Position numbers and translations under genes: made by a program. Below are positions 1 through 10,908 of a DNA stretch of 20,000 bases, piece after piece. Each line of letters starts with the position of its first letter. The first letter of the stretch is position 1. This DNA comes from Craspedostauros australis (Eukaryota). The notes below the pieces were generated by a model, which worked only from the letters and a program-made list of their open reading frames with translations, searched no databases and was not told where the DNA came from. The stretch spans positions 61,951 through 81,950 of the forward strand of contig JALAGF010005790.1 in assembly GCA_030167865.1 (NCBI GenBank). Direction: 5' to 3'.

Positions 1-427
1 AAAAGGAATGGGGCATAACTATTATGGAGAGCCTGCATGGCCAAATGACATCTTATATATTTTCCCTTTAACAATGTTAGGAATGTTGGCATGTTGTGTA
101 GGGTTAGCAGTTTTAGCACCGACTCAACTAGGTGAACCTGCAGATCCATTTAATACACCTCTAGAAATTTTACCTGAATGGTATTTCTTTCCGACTTTTA
201 ATTTATTAAGAGTGTTACCTAATAAATTATTAGGAGTTCTTGCAATGGCAGCGGTTCCCGCTGGTTTAATCACTGTTCCATTTATTGAAAATGTTAATAA
301 ATTTCAAAATCCATTCCGTCGCCCAATTGCGAGCGCTTTATTTATTTTTGGGTTCTTTTTTGCTGTTTGGTTTGGTATTGGCGCCTGTTTACCAATTGAT
401 AAAGCTGTTTCTTTAGGATTTTGGTAA
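1..427 (+). CDS. petD: cytochrome b6f subunit IV (5'-truncated by window edge)
   Basis: [21 protein letters not shown] and QNPFRRP motifs. The frame is open to the window edge (AAA GGA ATG), so ATG 8 is internal and the real start lies upstream. Confidence 0.98.
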   Translation, partial: KGMGHNYYGEPAWPNDILYIFPLTMLGMLACCVGLAVLAPTQLGEPADPFNTPLEILPEWYFFPTFNLLRVLPNKLLGVLAMAAVPAGLITVPFIENVNKFQNPFRRPIASALFIFGFFFAVWFGIGACLPIDKAVSLGFW

Positions 428-584
428 AAAATTTTTTAGCACTTTGAACTTGAATAGTAGCGCGTACTTCTTATATTTTGAAGCTACTAAGGTCACTTTT
501 TACAATTAAATAATGTAAAGCAATATATTATTTGGTACTTGTTATCTATAAAAGTAATTAAAATTTTAAGGTCTTACTCATTTA

Positions 585-645
585 ATTATAATTTAATTCC
601 ACATAAAAACTTTATGAATTTTTTTATGTGGAATTAAATTATAAT
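585..645. terminator. inverted repeat, 25-bp perfect arms, 11-nt loop; probable petD 3' stem-loop
   Basis: attataatttaattccacataaaaa (585-609) is the exact reverse complement of tttttatgtggaattaaattataat (621-645). Function inferred from position ~160 nt after petD. Confidence 0.7.
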
Positions 646-667
646 AACGGCTAGGCTTTAAAATTAG

Positions 668-991
668 TTTTTTTTAATTCTCAAGATCATTAGTTCTATG
701 GATTGTTCAGACAATCTTGTTCGTAACGCCGAGTACAAATTAAAATTTCTTACTGCTATGAGAATTGTTTAAGTTTCTAATCATTTAAATACGGAAATGA
801 ACAAAAATAGAAAATATTATAGCCTTAACACGATTTCGAATAGAATCCATTATTAAAAATCAAGATTAATAGAAAATATGGTATATCTCTTCAAATTGAA
901 AAAAGTTCTTACTTTTAATCTTAGATCTATAAAATGCTCCCTTCCTAGCTATTTTCTAGATAAGTTGAATATGGGAAAATTTCAATTTTAA
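668..991 (+). pseudogene. possible decayed ORF remnant (frame +2)
   Basis: Frame +2 has only three stops (TAA 770, 854, 989) over ~108 codons of AT-rich DNA. No family recognised. Confidence 0.2.
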
Positions 992-1060
992 AAAGAATCG
1001 TTCAGCTGTTTAGATATTCTCAGGCTCCTGAGAATATCTAAACAGCTGAACGATTCTTTT
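991..1060. repeat. 70-bp perfect inverted repeat (34-bp arms, 2-nt loop)
   Basis: aaaagaatcgttcagctgtttagatattctcagg (991-1024), ct, cctgagaatatctaaacagctgaacgattctttt (1027-1060). Checked base by base. Confidence 0.97.
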
Positions 1061-1771
1061 CAAATTAGAAACAGCGTAAATTACTCAGACACAACAATTA
1101 ACATGTACTATATTGATCAGTGCCCAATTGAAAAACTTCAAAAGGTATACTTGATCAAGTTTTTTCAACTTTTAGCGTATCTGAAATCCTTGGATCACTA
1201 TAAAACAGCAAACTTAACGTCTAAGTATAGGCAGTATAAATTTCCGGTAAGAGACTTTTTTAATTATCTAAAGAACAACATAGTATTGGAACTTTTGTCA
1301 GATAAAAGCTATCGAATGTTGGTAACAATTCCTGAGGCTTACGTATGGAAGAGTCAAAATCAATGGATTACCCAAGTTTTGTTAGCGGATGAATTATTCG
1401 ATTATTCAGAACCATTTTTATTCACTGACTATTTCAGAAAAAAAAAAATGACAACAGATGAGTTCTCTGTATTATTTCATATCCTACAGAATTTCAGTGT
1501 TCCTACTCTTACAAAGGAATTCGATGTTCCTGGATTCTTGCGTAATTACCCTTCTAAGCTAAACGGTGCACGAAAGCAAAAAATCAAATGTTTATTTTTA
1601 CGTTATATCAAAATTTTACAGCAGGAAGAAAAAATTCAAGACCTAGTTTTGTTCCCTTCCCTTAGCACGTCTAACCCAAAGCGCCTAATTAAAATTTCTG
1701 ACTTAAACCAAAAACATTTAATGCAGTTGTTTGTTATTTTTGAAGTCCTTGATGTTCAATTTGTGATTTAG
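1058..1771 (+). pseudogene. probable C-terminal half of a diatom plasmid-type ~480-aa Rep-like protein (ORF track: 222 aa from ATG 1103)
   Basis: Frame open from 992 to TAG 1769-1771, reading FQIRNSVNYSDTTIN before ATG 1103. Segments QLLAYLKSL, KFPVRDF, SDKSYRMLVTIPE, LADELFDYSEPFLF and KIKCLFLRYIKILQ resemble, from recall, the C-terminal part of plasmid-related diatom plastid ORFs. Not verified by search. Confidence 0.6.
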
Positions 1772-1989
1772 GTTGAATACTTATTTGTTAAGAGTCTGAT
1801 AAGGAACAAAAAAAAGACTTACCTGTTAAGAACATACGAATAAAACTATGGACTTTTAAATATTTTTAACCAACAAGCCTAACTACAAAGAATAAGGTAA
1901 ACAATAAAATTAAAATACAAACCTTTAAAAGTTCGTATTTTAATTTGAAAAGGTCACTATTTTAATAACACACTGAACAAAGAAAAAAC

Positions 1990-2018
1990 TTGACAAAAAA
2001 AAGTTCAACTAATAAAAT
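1990..2018 (+). promoter_or_regulatory. sigma70-type promoter
   Basis: TTGACA (1990-1995), 17-nt spacer, TAAAAT (2013-2018), A-rich upstream tract; 54 nt before ATG 2073. Confidence 0.75.
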
Positions 2019-2072
2019 TAAATAAGCCAAAATCGTACTTTTGGTGGAAAATTTAACTTTAAAAATAAATTT

Positions 2073-2174
2073 ATGCAGGAACTCTTTTTAACAATATTTA
2101 AAATTTTAGCTACAGGGCTAGTATTTGGCCTTGCTGTTCAACTAGTAAAAATAATTAATCACATTAACATATGA
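2073..2174 (+). CDS. 33-aa hydrophobic small ORF (possible single TM helix)
   Basis: MQELFLTIFKILATGLVFGLAVQLVKIINHINI*. First ATG after the promoter; its TGA overlaps the next ATG (ATGA 2171-2174). Below the ORF track size cut-off. Confidence 0.5.
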   Translation: MQELFLTIFKILATGLVFGLAVQLVKIINHINI

Positions 2175-2203
2175 ACCCGTACGTATTCTACTTTATTTGC
2201 TAA

Positions 2204-2797
2204 ATGCTCGCAGCACAACAGATGGCAGTTATCGCCTTCCAAATACTTCCTGCCGCCATCGAATACGGCAAAAGTGTTGCTATAAATACGGCTGCCCAGG
2301 TAACTGCCTATGCGATAGGCACGGCTGTGAGCACAACTGTATCGCCCAATATGCTACTACCAGTATTAACCAATCCAGAATTTATTAGACAGCAGATCGT
2401 CGCTACTCCGACTGTATCACAAAAACTCGCAATTATTGCTTCGAGCGTTTCACTATTGACGGCGGGAGGCGTACTTAGCCTTACAGCCGACATAGCAACC
2501 AACGGGGGTATCGGTGGTGTTATCGCGGCTTACCTAGCTTACTTAGGCAGCAACGGAAGCCCAATGCCATTCATTATGCCTAAGCATAGAACAGATATGG
2601 TCATTGTCCATGCTTCTGTTGTCACAATTACCATAGGTTTTAATATACTCACAGTTAAGATAATAATTTATTTGGTTCGATCTTACATCAGACTCTGCGC
2701 ACACTGTTATAAAATTGCCAAAGGCCCAGAAGTGCTTTCTCCTGAAGAGTATAAAAAAGGATTAAAAAAAAGTCAAGCCTACGTTTATAGACCCTAG
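2204..2797 (+). CDS. hypothetical Ala/Gly/Val/Thr-rich membrane protein (197 aa; possibly 208 aa originally, from ATG 2171)
   Basis: Hydrophobic segments LAIIASSVSLLTAGGVLSL, GGIGGVIAAYLAYLG and VVTITIGFNILTVKIIIYLV, with a basic C-terminus. In-frame MNPYVFYFIC then TAA (2201-2203) directly precedes ATG 2204. Confidence 0.65.
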   Translation: MLAAQQMAVIAFQILPAAIEYGKSVAINTAAQVTAYAIGTAVSTTVSPNMLLPVLTNPEFIRQQIVATPTVSQKLAIIASSVSLLTAGGVLSLTADIATNGGIGGVIAAYLAYLGSNGSPMPFIMPKHRTDMVIVHASVVTITIGFNILTVKIIIYLVRSYIRLCAHCYKIAKGPEVLSPEEYKKGLKKSQAYVYRP

Positions 2798-2862
2798 TAC
2801 GGTCCCAGTTAGACGAAAAATAATCAAATCTACTCTCTTTAATAAAAACCTAACAAAATCAA

Positions 2863-3548
2863 ATGAAAGATACAATTTATACAGAAGATTTTGATTCATT
2901 AGAAACTGAGTCATTACGTATTGATTATCTACGGTTTAATTTGGAGTCATACTTACCTAACAGTGAAATTACCAATTTAGCAGTTTATTTTAGACGTTTA
3001 GGATTTAGTTCCTATATAAAAGAACGTGACAATATTAAAAAACGCACTTCAATCTTCTATGATAAGTATTTCGAGGTTACTTTTGTATTGCGCACCCCTA
3101 TTATCAAGGAACCCATTTAGAATTCGCAGGAGAATCGGCAAATCATCTGTATTCCTTTATCAAACAAAAAAAATTCAACTGGAACCAACTGAAAAAGTAC
3201 GGGGCTTTTCTAAGACGTACAGATACCTGTTATGATCGTATTCAGAAATCAACTGACAAAAGAAGCAATGATACATTTATTAAAAGTACTTTAGTTCACT
3301 TTAAAAATACTTTACCAAACAACAATATTGAATATCGAAAAAATAGGGAAGTAAAACTAACTGCAGTGGGACACACAACTAGCGATAAATATTACCGTGT
3401 GTACTTGAAAAGTGATTGCTTACGATTTGCATTTGAGCAGAAGCACCGAAAAACGTTAAATTCGTATGACAGTTTATTACAAACAAAACAATTTAAGCAG
3501 TTAGAGCAGTGTATTTCTTATGAGTTTTTAAAGCACACGTATCAGTAA
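2863..3548 (+). pseudogene. frameshifted, truncated N-terminal half of a Rep_trans-like rolling-circle replication initiator
   Basis: Frame +1 2863-3096 joins frame +3 3099-3548 if one base is restored at the CCCC run 3095-3098, giving ~228 aa. Motifs in order: IDYLRFN, GTHLEFAG, RTDTCYD, GHTTSDKYYRVYLK, LRFAFEQK. Confidence 0.8.
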
Positions 3549-3560
3549 TATATTAAGATC

Positions 3561-3594
3561 AATCTTGAAAAACTATTAATAGTTTTTCAAGATT
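3561..3594. terminator. 34-bp perfect palindrome, rbcS 3' stem-loop
   Basis: aatcttgaaaaactattaatagtttttcaagatt is self-complementary and lies 7 nt beyond the rbcS stop. Confidence 0.85.
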
Positions 3595-3601
3595 AATGAA
3601 A

Positions 3602-4021
3602 TTAATAACGAGAACCTTCTGGATTCGCTTGTACACTGTATGATTTAATTGTGTAACGAATAAAACGACCTGCTGCATCAGTTCTATCTAGATAGAAACC
3701 TGGTTCATTGCTAGGACGGTTTACGATAAATGACATAACACAACTTTCTGTACCGTATGATGGATCAAATGCATTAATACGAATATAGCCAGCTGCACAT
3801 GATTTACGTGCTTCTTTTAATTCAAACATTACAGATGCAGGATCTTTAATATCGAATAAAGGTAAACCCCATAATTCCCAATAGTTATTACGAGGATGTG
3901 GATCATCTGTCCACTCAACGTTCATAGCCCAACCTTTATTGATTGCGTATGTAACTTGTTTTTCAATTTGTTGATCAGTTAAATCCGGTAAGAACGAGAA
4001 ACAACCTTGTGTAAGTCTCAC
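3602..4021 (-). CDS. rbcS: RuBisCO small subunit (red-type, form ID)
   Basis: MRLTQGCFSFLPDL...YWELWGLPLF. GTG start with SD AAGGAG (complement of 4032-4037). Confidence 0.99.
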   Translation of the reverse strand: MRLTQGCFSFLPDLTDQQIEKQVTYAINKGWAMNVEWTDDPHPRNNYWELWGLPLFDIKDPASVMFELKEARKSCAAGYIRINAFDPSYGTESCVMSFIVNRPSNEPGFYLDRTDAAGRFIRYTIKSYSVQANPEGSRY

Positions 4022-4057
4022 TATTCAAATACTCCTTAATTTTTTAAAAGTAATTTA

Positions 4058-5575
<1,518 letters not shown>

Positions 5576-5788
5576 CTAATATAAAATTAGTTCTGTCGGT
5601 TAAAATGTTTTCAATAACCTTATATTAATTATATCCTTTTTTTTTATTCTCTAAAAATTGATTATTAATTATTAACATTATAACTTTTAAGAATAATATT
5701 AAATTTTAAATTAAAAATCTATTATCCATATAGTTTTTTTTATAATATCCTTGTATACTTATACATACAATTTAATTCAATATATTAT

Positions 5789-7249
5789 ATGATTAATAAA
5801 TCAAATAAAGTTTTGAACAGGGATCTAACGAAATTAGTAAATAAAAGTTACCAGTATGGCTTTTCAACAAAGATTGAAAAAGATATTATTGACAAAGGAT
5901 TAAATGAGCAAACTATCCATTTGATTTCACAAAAAAAGAATGAATCTCAGTTTTTATTAAATTTTCGTTTAAAAGCCTATAAAAAATGGAAACAAATATC
6001 AGAACCTGAGTGGGCCTATTTAAAATTTCCTCAAATGAATTTTCAGCAGATTATTTACTATTCTGCTCCAAAAGCTCAAAAAAAATTAAAGAGTTTAAAT
6101 GAAGTTGATCCCGATTTATTACAAACTTTTGAAAAATTAGGGATTTCTCTTTTAGAGCAAAAACGCTTGGCAAATGTGGCAATTGATGCTGTTTTTGATA
6201 GTGTTTCTATTGTTACTACATTTAAAGAAGAACTAAATGATTGTGGTGTAATTTTTTCTTCAATATCCGAAGCTATTGAAGAATATCCTGACTTAATCGA
6301 AAAATATTTAGGTTCTGTTGTTCCAATTGGAGACAATTATTTTTCAGCTTTAAATTCTGCAGTTTTTACGGACGGTTCATTTTGCTATATTCCGAAAGAT
6401 ACTGTTTGTCCACTTGATTTATCTACGTACTTTAGGATAAATGATCAATACTCTGGTCAGTTTGAACGAACATTGATTATAGCTGAAAAAAATAGTAAAG
6501 TGAATTATTTAGAAGGTTGTACTGCTCCTCAATATGATACAAATCAATTACATGCGGCAATTGTTGAATTAATTGCTTTAGAAAACGCAAATATTAAATA
6601 CTCTACGGTACAAAATTGGTATTCCGGTGATTCCCAAGGAAAGGGTGGAATCTACAATTTTGTTACAAAACGTGCTTTATGTTCAGGCTTGCAATCACAA
6701 ATCTCTTGGACCCAAGTTGAAACAGGTTCAGCAATTACTTGGAAATATCCTAGCTGTATCTTGATTGGAAAAGAATCACAAGGTGAATTTTCATCAATTG
6801 CTCTAACTAATAATTACCAACAAGCGGATACCGGTACTAAAATGATTCATTTAGGTCAAAAATCAAAAAGTCGTATTATTTCTAAAGGTATATCTGCAGG
6901 AAAATCGAAAAATAGCTATCGTGGACTTGTTACTATTAATACAAAAGCTCTTGGAGCTAGAAATTATTCTCAATGTGATTCATTATTATTGGGAAATTTA
7001 TCAAATGCAAACACTTTTCCATTTATTTGTGTAAAAAACTCGACAGCAAAAATTGAACATGAAGCTTCTACATCAAAAATTGGTGAAGAGCAAATTTTCT
7101 ATTTTCTTCAACGTGGAATAAGTATGGAAAAAGGTATTGAACTAATGGTAAGCGGTTTTTGTCAAGAAATTTTTGTTAAACTACCATTAGAATTTTCTGC
7201 GGAAGCAGATAAATTATTAACATTAAAATTAGAAGGAAGTGTCGGCTAA
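5789..7249 (+). CDS. sufB: Fe-S cluster assembly protein SufB (Ycf24)
   Basis: [37 protein letters not shown]. Stop overlaps the sufC start (TAATG). Confidence 0.98.
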   Translation: MINKSNKVLNRDLTKLVNKSYQYGFSTKIEKDIIDKGLNEQTIHLISQKKNESQFLLNFRLKAYKKWKQISEPEWAYLKFPQMNFQQIIYYSAPKAQKKLKSLNEVDPDLLQTFEKLGISLLEQKRLANVAIDAVFDSVSIVTTFKEELNDCGVIFSSISEAIEEYPDLIEKYLGSVVPIGDNYFSALNSAVFTDGSFCYIPKDTVCPLDLSTYFRINDQYSGQFERTLIIAEKNSKVNYLEGCTAPQYDTNQLHAAIVELIALENANIKYSTVQNWYSGDSQGKGGIYNFVTKRALCSGLQSQISWTQVETGSAITWKYPSCILIGKESQGEFSSIALTNNYQQADTGTKMIHLGQKSKSRIISKGISAGKSKNSYRGLVTINTKALGARNYSQCDSLLLGNLSNANTFPFICVKNSTAKIEHEASTSKIGEEQIFYFLQRGISMEKGIELMVSGFCQEIFVKLPLEFSAEADKLLTLKLEGSVG

Positions 7250-7998
7250 TGGACTCAATTATTTTAGATATTAAAGATTTACAGGTTTCAATTAATAAAA
7301 AACTAATCTTAAAAAAGTTAAATTTAACGGTTAAGAGAGGTGAAGTTCACGCTATTATGGGTCCTAATGGTTCAGGTAAAAGTACTTTTTCAAAAGTTTT
7401 GGCAGGTCACCCAGCGTATAATGTAGAGAGCGGTGAAATTCTTTTTAAGGGTGTGTCACTTTTAGATATTGAACCTGAAGACCGCTCACATTTAGGTTTA
7501 TTTTTAGCATTTCAATATCCTATTGAAATCCCTGGCGTTAGTAATGCTGATTTTCTTAGATTGGCGTATAATTCAAAACAAAAATTTTATCATAAGTCGG
7601 AATTAGATCCAATTACATTCTTAACCTTTATTACTGAAAAATTAAGGCTTGTTGGTATGTCAACAACTTTTTTAACTCGAAATATCAATGAAGGATTTTC
7701 AGGAGGTGAGAAAAAACGTAATGAAATTTTACAAATGATTGTTTTGGATTCAGAGCTTGCAATTTTAGATGAAACTGATTCAGGTCTTGATATTGATGCC
7801 CTAAAAACTATTTCAAATGGAATTAACAATTTTATGAAACCCTCAAAAGCTATTATTCTCATTACGCATTATCAACGTCTATTAGATTATATTAAGCCAA
7901 CATATGTACACGTCATGCAGGATGGGGATATCATTAAAACAGGTTCGGCAAAATTAGCGAAAGAGCTTGAAGCAAAAGGATATGAATGGTTAAGTTAA
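7249..7998 (+). CDS. sufC: Fe-S cluster assembly ATPase SufC (Ycf16)
   Basis: Walker [36 protein letters not shown]. Confidence 0.98.
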   Translation: MDSIILDIKDLQVSINKKLILKKLNLTVKRGEVHAIMGPNGSGKSTFSKVLAGHPAYNVESGEILFKGVSLLDIEPEDRSHLGLFLAFQYPIEIPGVSNADFLRLAYNSKQKFYHKSELDPITFLTFITEKLRLVGMSTTFLTRNINEGFSGGEKKRNEILQMIVLDSELAILDETDSGLDIDALKTISNGINNFMKPSKAIILITHYQRLLDYIKPTYVHVMQDGDIIKTGSAKLAKELEAKGYEWLS

Positions 7999-8111
7999 TT
8001 AAGCGAGCTTTTTAAGAAAAGTAAACCTAAAAATATATAAGCTGATTTATAATTATATTTGTTCCTGTATATTTTTTAATATTGGGTAATTTAATAAATT
8101 AATTCGATTTT

Positions 8112-8840
8112 ATGTACCCAGACATCAGTTATTCAAATACATTTACACTTTTAGCGGAAGCAGGAGTTGGGAAACATTTTTACTGGGATATTGCAGGGTT
8201 TTTAGTACACGGACAAGTTCTTGTAGTTATCTGGTTTGTTCTATTAATTTTATTATTTTTTTCATTCCTAGGTACTGCAAATGCAGATCGTATTCCACAT
8301 GCTTGGCAAAATTTCATGGAAATTTCTGTAGATTTTGTAACAGATATTGCAAAAAACCAATTAGGTGAAAGTTTCTATAAAGAATGGATACCATTTATTG
8401 GAACTTTATTCTTCTTTATTTTTGGTTGTAATTGGGCCGGTGCTGTTATTCCATGGAAGTTAATAGAACTCCCAGAAGGAGAATTAGCTGCTCCAACGAA
8501 TGATATTAATACCACCGTTGCTCTAGCTTTATTAACATCATTTGCTTATTTTTATGCAGGTTTAAGTAAAAAAGGTTTCGGGTATTTCAAACGTTATATT
8601 GAACCAATTCCACTTCTTCTTCCAATTAATATTCTAGAAGACTTTACAAAACCATTATCACTAAGCTTCCGATTATTCGGTAATGTCTTAGCAGATGAAT
8701 TAACTATTACCGTATTAACTTCATTAGTCCCCTTAGTCATTCCATTACCAATTATGTTATTGGGACTTTTTGCAGGTTCAGTACAAGCTCTAATTTTCTC
8801 AACTTTAGCTGCGGCTTATATCGCTGAAGCGCTAGAGTAA
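8112..8840 (+). CDS. atpI: ATP synthase CF0 subunit a (IV)
   Basis: [34 protein letters not shown]. Confidence 0.98.
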   Translation: MYPDISYSNTFTLLAEAGVGKHFYWDIAGFLVHGQVLVVIWFVLLILLFFSFLGTANADRIPHAWQNFMEISVDFVTDIAKNQLGESFYKEWIPFIGTLFFFIFGCNWAGAVIPWKLIELPEGELAAPTNDINTTVALALLTSFAYFYAGLSKKGFGYFKRYIEPIPLLLPINILEDFTKPLSLSFRLFGNVLADELTITVLTSLVPLVIPLPIMLLGLFAGSVQALIFSTLAAAYIAEALE

Positions 8841-9152
<312 letters not shown>

Positions 9153-9180
9153 TAATTGAACTAAGACTGAATTATTTTAA

Positions 9181-9214
9181 TTAATAGAAACTCATTCTTT
9201 TGAGTTTTTATTAA
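9181..9214 (+). terminator. stem-loop after atpH
   Basis: ttaatagaaactca / tgagtttttattaa, 14-bp stem with one G-U pair and a 6-nt loop. Confidence 0.65.
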
Positions 9215-9245
9215 AAACTATTAATCTACAGTATATAAAATTTAT

Positions 9246-9716
9246 ATGATTAATTTTTCAATATTAATTTCAAATTCAGAAGTTAGTGGTCCAGGTGGAT
9301 TATTTGATTTCAATTCAACTTTACCTTTAGTAGCAATTCAATTTATTCTATTAATGGTTATTTTAAATATTATTTTATATAACCCTTTATTGACTATCAT
9401 TGATGAGCGAAAAGAATATATTTTAACTAATCTTGGTAAAGCCTCAGAACTTTTAGCTGAAGCGAATAAGTTAACACTACAATATGAAAAAGAATTAGAT
9501 AGCGTTCGCAAAGAAGCTCAATTAGAAATTACAAACTCACAAAAAATTAATAAAGAGATTTTAGAAATTGAACTAAGTATTTCCCAAAAATACATTGACA
9601 ATTTATTAGATACTATTACTGCCGACCTTTTAACAAAAAAAGATCTTGCCCTTAATAGTTTAGATGATATTGTTCAATCTTTATGTCTTAATATTGAAAC
9701 ACGCTTATCAATTTAA
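9246..9716 (+). CDS. atpG: ATP synthase CF0 subunit b' (II)
   Basis: [12 protein letters not shown] followed by a TM helix and coiled coil; operon position. Confidence 0.96.
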   Translation: MINFSILISNSEVSGPGGLFDFNSTLPLVAIQFILLMVILNIILYNPLLTIIDERKEYILTNLGKASELLAEANKLTLQYEKELDSVRKEAQLEITNSQKINKEILEIELSISQKYIDNLLDTITADLLTKKDLALNSLDDIVQSLCLNIETRLSI

Positions 9717-9778
9717 ATTTTTTGTTACTCGTAATTTTCCTTTTTATACGTCAACAGCTTATATAAAAACTCGAAAAC

Positions 9779-10318
9779 ATGGAAAATTTTAATCAAATTT
9801 TTACATTACTTGCTGAACATGAAGGTATTGGTTTAAATACAGATATTTTAGAGACTGGTTTAATTAATATTATTGTAGTCATTGCAATTTTAGTTTCTAC
9901 CGGTCAAGATTTTTTAGGTTCTGTTTTAGAAGAACGAAAAGTAACCATTGTTAATGGTGTTCAGGATGCTGAAGATCGTTTGAATGAGGCAAAAAAACGT
10001 TTAAGTGAAGCTGAAAAGCAATTAAGCCAAGCTAATTTAATTATTAGTGAAATTCGCACTGAAACGACTCTTGCAAAAAAAACTTTATTAGCTTCTGATG
10101 CAATTCAGGCAAGAAAAGATTTGACTACTCGGTTTGATCGTGCACTAGCTAGTTTCCAATCTAAAGAGCGCCAAATATTTTTAGAAATTAAACAACAAAT
10201 TATCTCTTTAGTATTAAATCGAACAGTTGTTCGCACGCGTAAGACATTTGGTCCAAAAGAACGTGCAACAGTCTTAATTAATGAGACGATTAATAAATTA
10301 AAAGGAGATTTATTATGA
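9779..10318 (+). CDS. atpF: ATP synthase CF0 subunit b (I)
   Basis: [14 protein letters not shown]; 4-nt ATGA overlap with atpD. Confidence 0.96.
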   Translation: MENFNQIFTLLAEHEGIGLNTDILETGLINIIVVIAILVSTGQDFLGSVLEERKVTIVNGVQDAEDRLNEAKKRLSEAEKQLSQANLIISEIRTETTLAKKTLLASDAIQARKDLTTRFDRALASFQSKERQIFLEIKQQIISLVLNRTVVRTRKTFGPKERATVLINETINKLKGDLL

Positions 10319-10878
10319 GTACAAATCCTTTAGCAGCCAAAATTGCTTCTCCTTATGCACGTGCTCTATTTGATTTTTCGATAGAGAAAAATATTATGCA
10401 TCAAATTACAGCAGATTTTCAAAATTTAGATCTTTTCTTAACAGAAAATTCTGAATTTATGGATTATTTAAATACTCCTGTTGTAAGTCAAGTGGTGAAG
10501 AGTGATTTTTTAAATAAGACAATTAGATCACAAATTAATACTGAAACATTTAAATTTTTAATGATTTTAGTAGAACGTGATCGAATTAATGTTTTACAAG
10601 CTGTAATAACTAATTATTTAGAATTAGTTTATCAAACTGCTTCAATTAAAATAATTGAAGTAAAGACTGCTTATAACTTTACAGATGTGCAAAAAACGAC
10701 TTTAATTGAAAAATTAAAAGAATTGATAAAGGCACGTGAAATTCGCTTAATGGTTACCGTAGATTCAACTTTAATTGGTGGTTTTTTAATTAAAACAGAC
10801 TCAAAAGTGCTAGATTTTACGCTTAAAAATCAATTACAGCAATTAGCAAAACATTTAGATACTGTGTTAGAAATATAA
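10315..10878 (+). CDS. atpD: ATP synthase CF1 delta subunit
   Basis: [21 protein letters not shown]. Confidence 0.96.
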   Translation: MSTNPLAAKIASPYARALFDFSIEKNIMHQITADFQNLDLFLTENSEFMDYLNTPVVSQVVKSDFLNKTIRSQINTETFKFLMILVERDRINVLQAVITNYLELVYQTASIKIIEVKTAYNFTDVQKTTLIEKLKELIKAREIRLMVTVDSTLIGGFLIKTDSKVLDFTLKNQLQQLAKHLDTVLEI

Positions 10879-10908
10879 TTAGAAAAAAAATCTTTTATTA
10901 ACAATACA

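Larger units (their letters stand above)
991..3560 (+). mobile_element. integrated, degenerate plasmid-like rolling-circle replicon, circularly permuted within rep
   Basis: Non-core co-oriented ORFs between petD and rbcS. Rep_trans-like N-half at the right end, probable C-half at the left end, own promoter, and GCC/GCG/GGC/ACG codons that are rare in host genes. Boundaries approximate. Confidence 0.7.

Noticed and set aside
489..1958. Direct repeat aaggtcact at 489-497 and 1950-1958 as an att site or target duplication
   Set aside because: Only 9 bp, and it does not bracket the inferred element.
2197..2502. ORFs 2197-2388 (+) and 2308-2502 (-)
   Set aside because: Alternative-frame or antisense shadows of the 197-aa ORF.
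2830..2844. ctactctctttaata resembling the pT181-family nick sequence CTACTCT/AATAG
   Set aside because: Interrupted match with no flanking GC hairpin; likely chance in AT-rich DNA.
3026..3235. 69-aa ORF in frame +2
   Set aside because: Wrong frame; the Rep motifs lie in frames +1 and +3.
428..3600. CRISPR array, group I/II intron, transposase or recombinase in the insert
   Set aside because: No spaced direct repeats, no interrupted host gene, and no RT, LAGLIDADG, DDE, serine or tyrosine recombinase motifs recognised.
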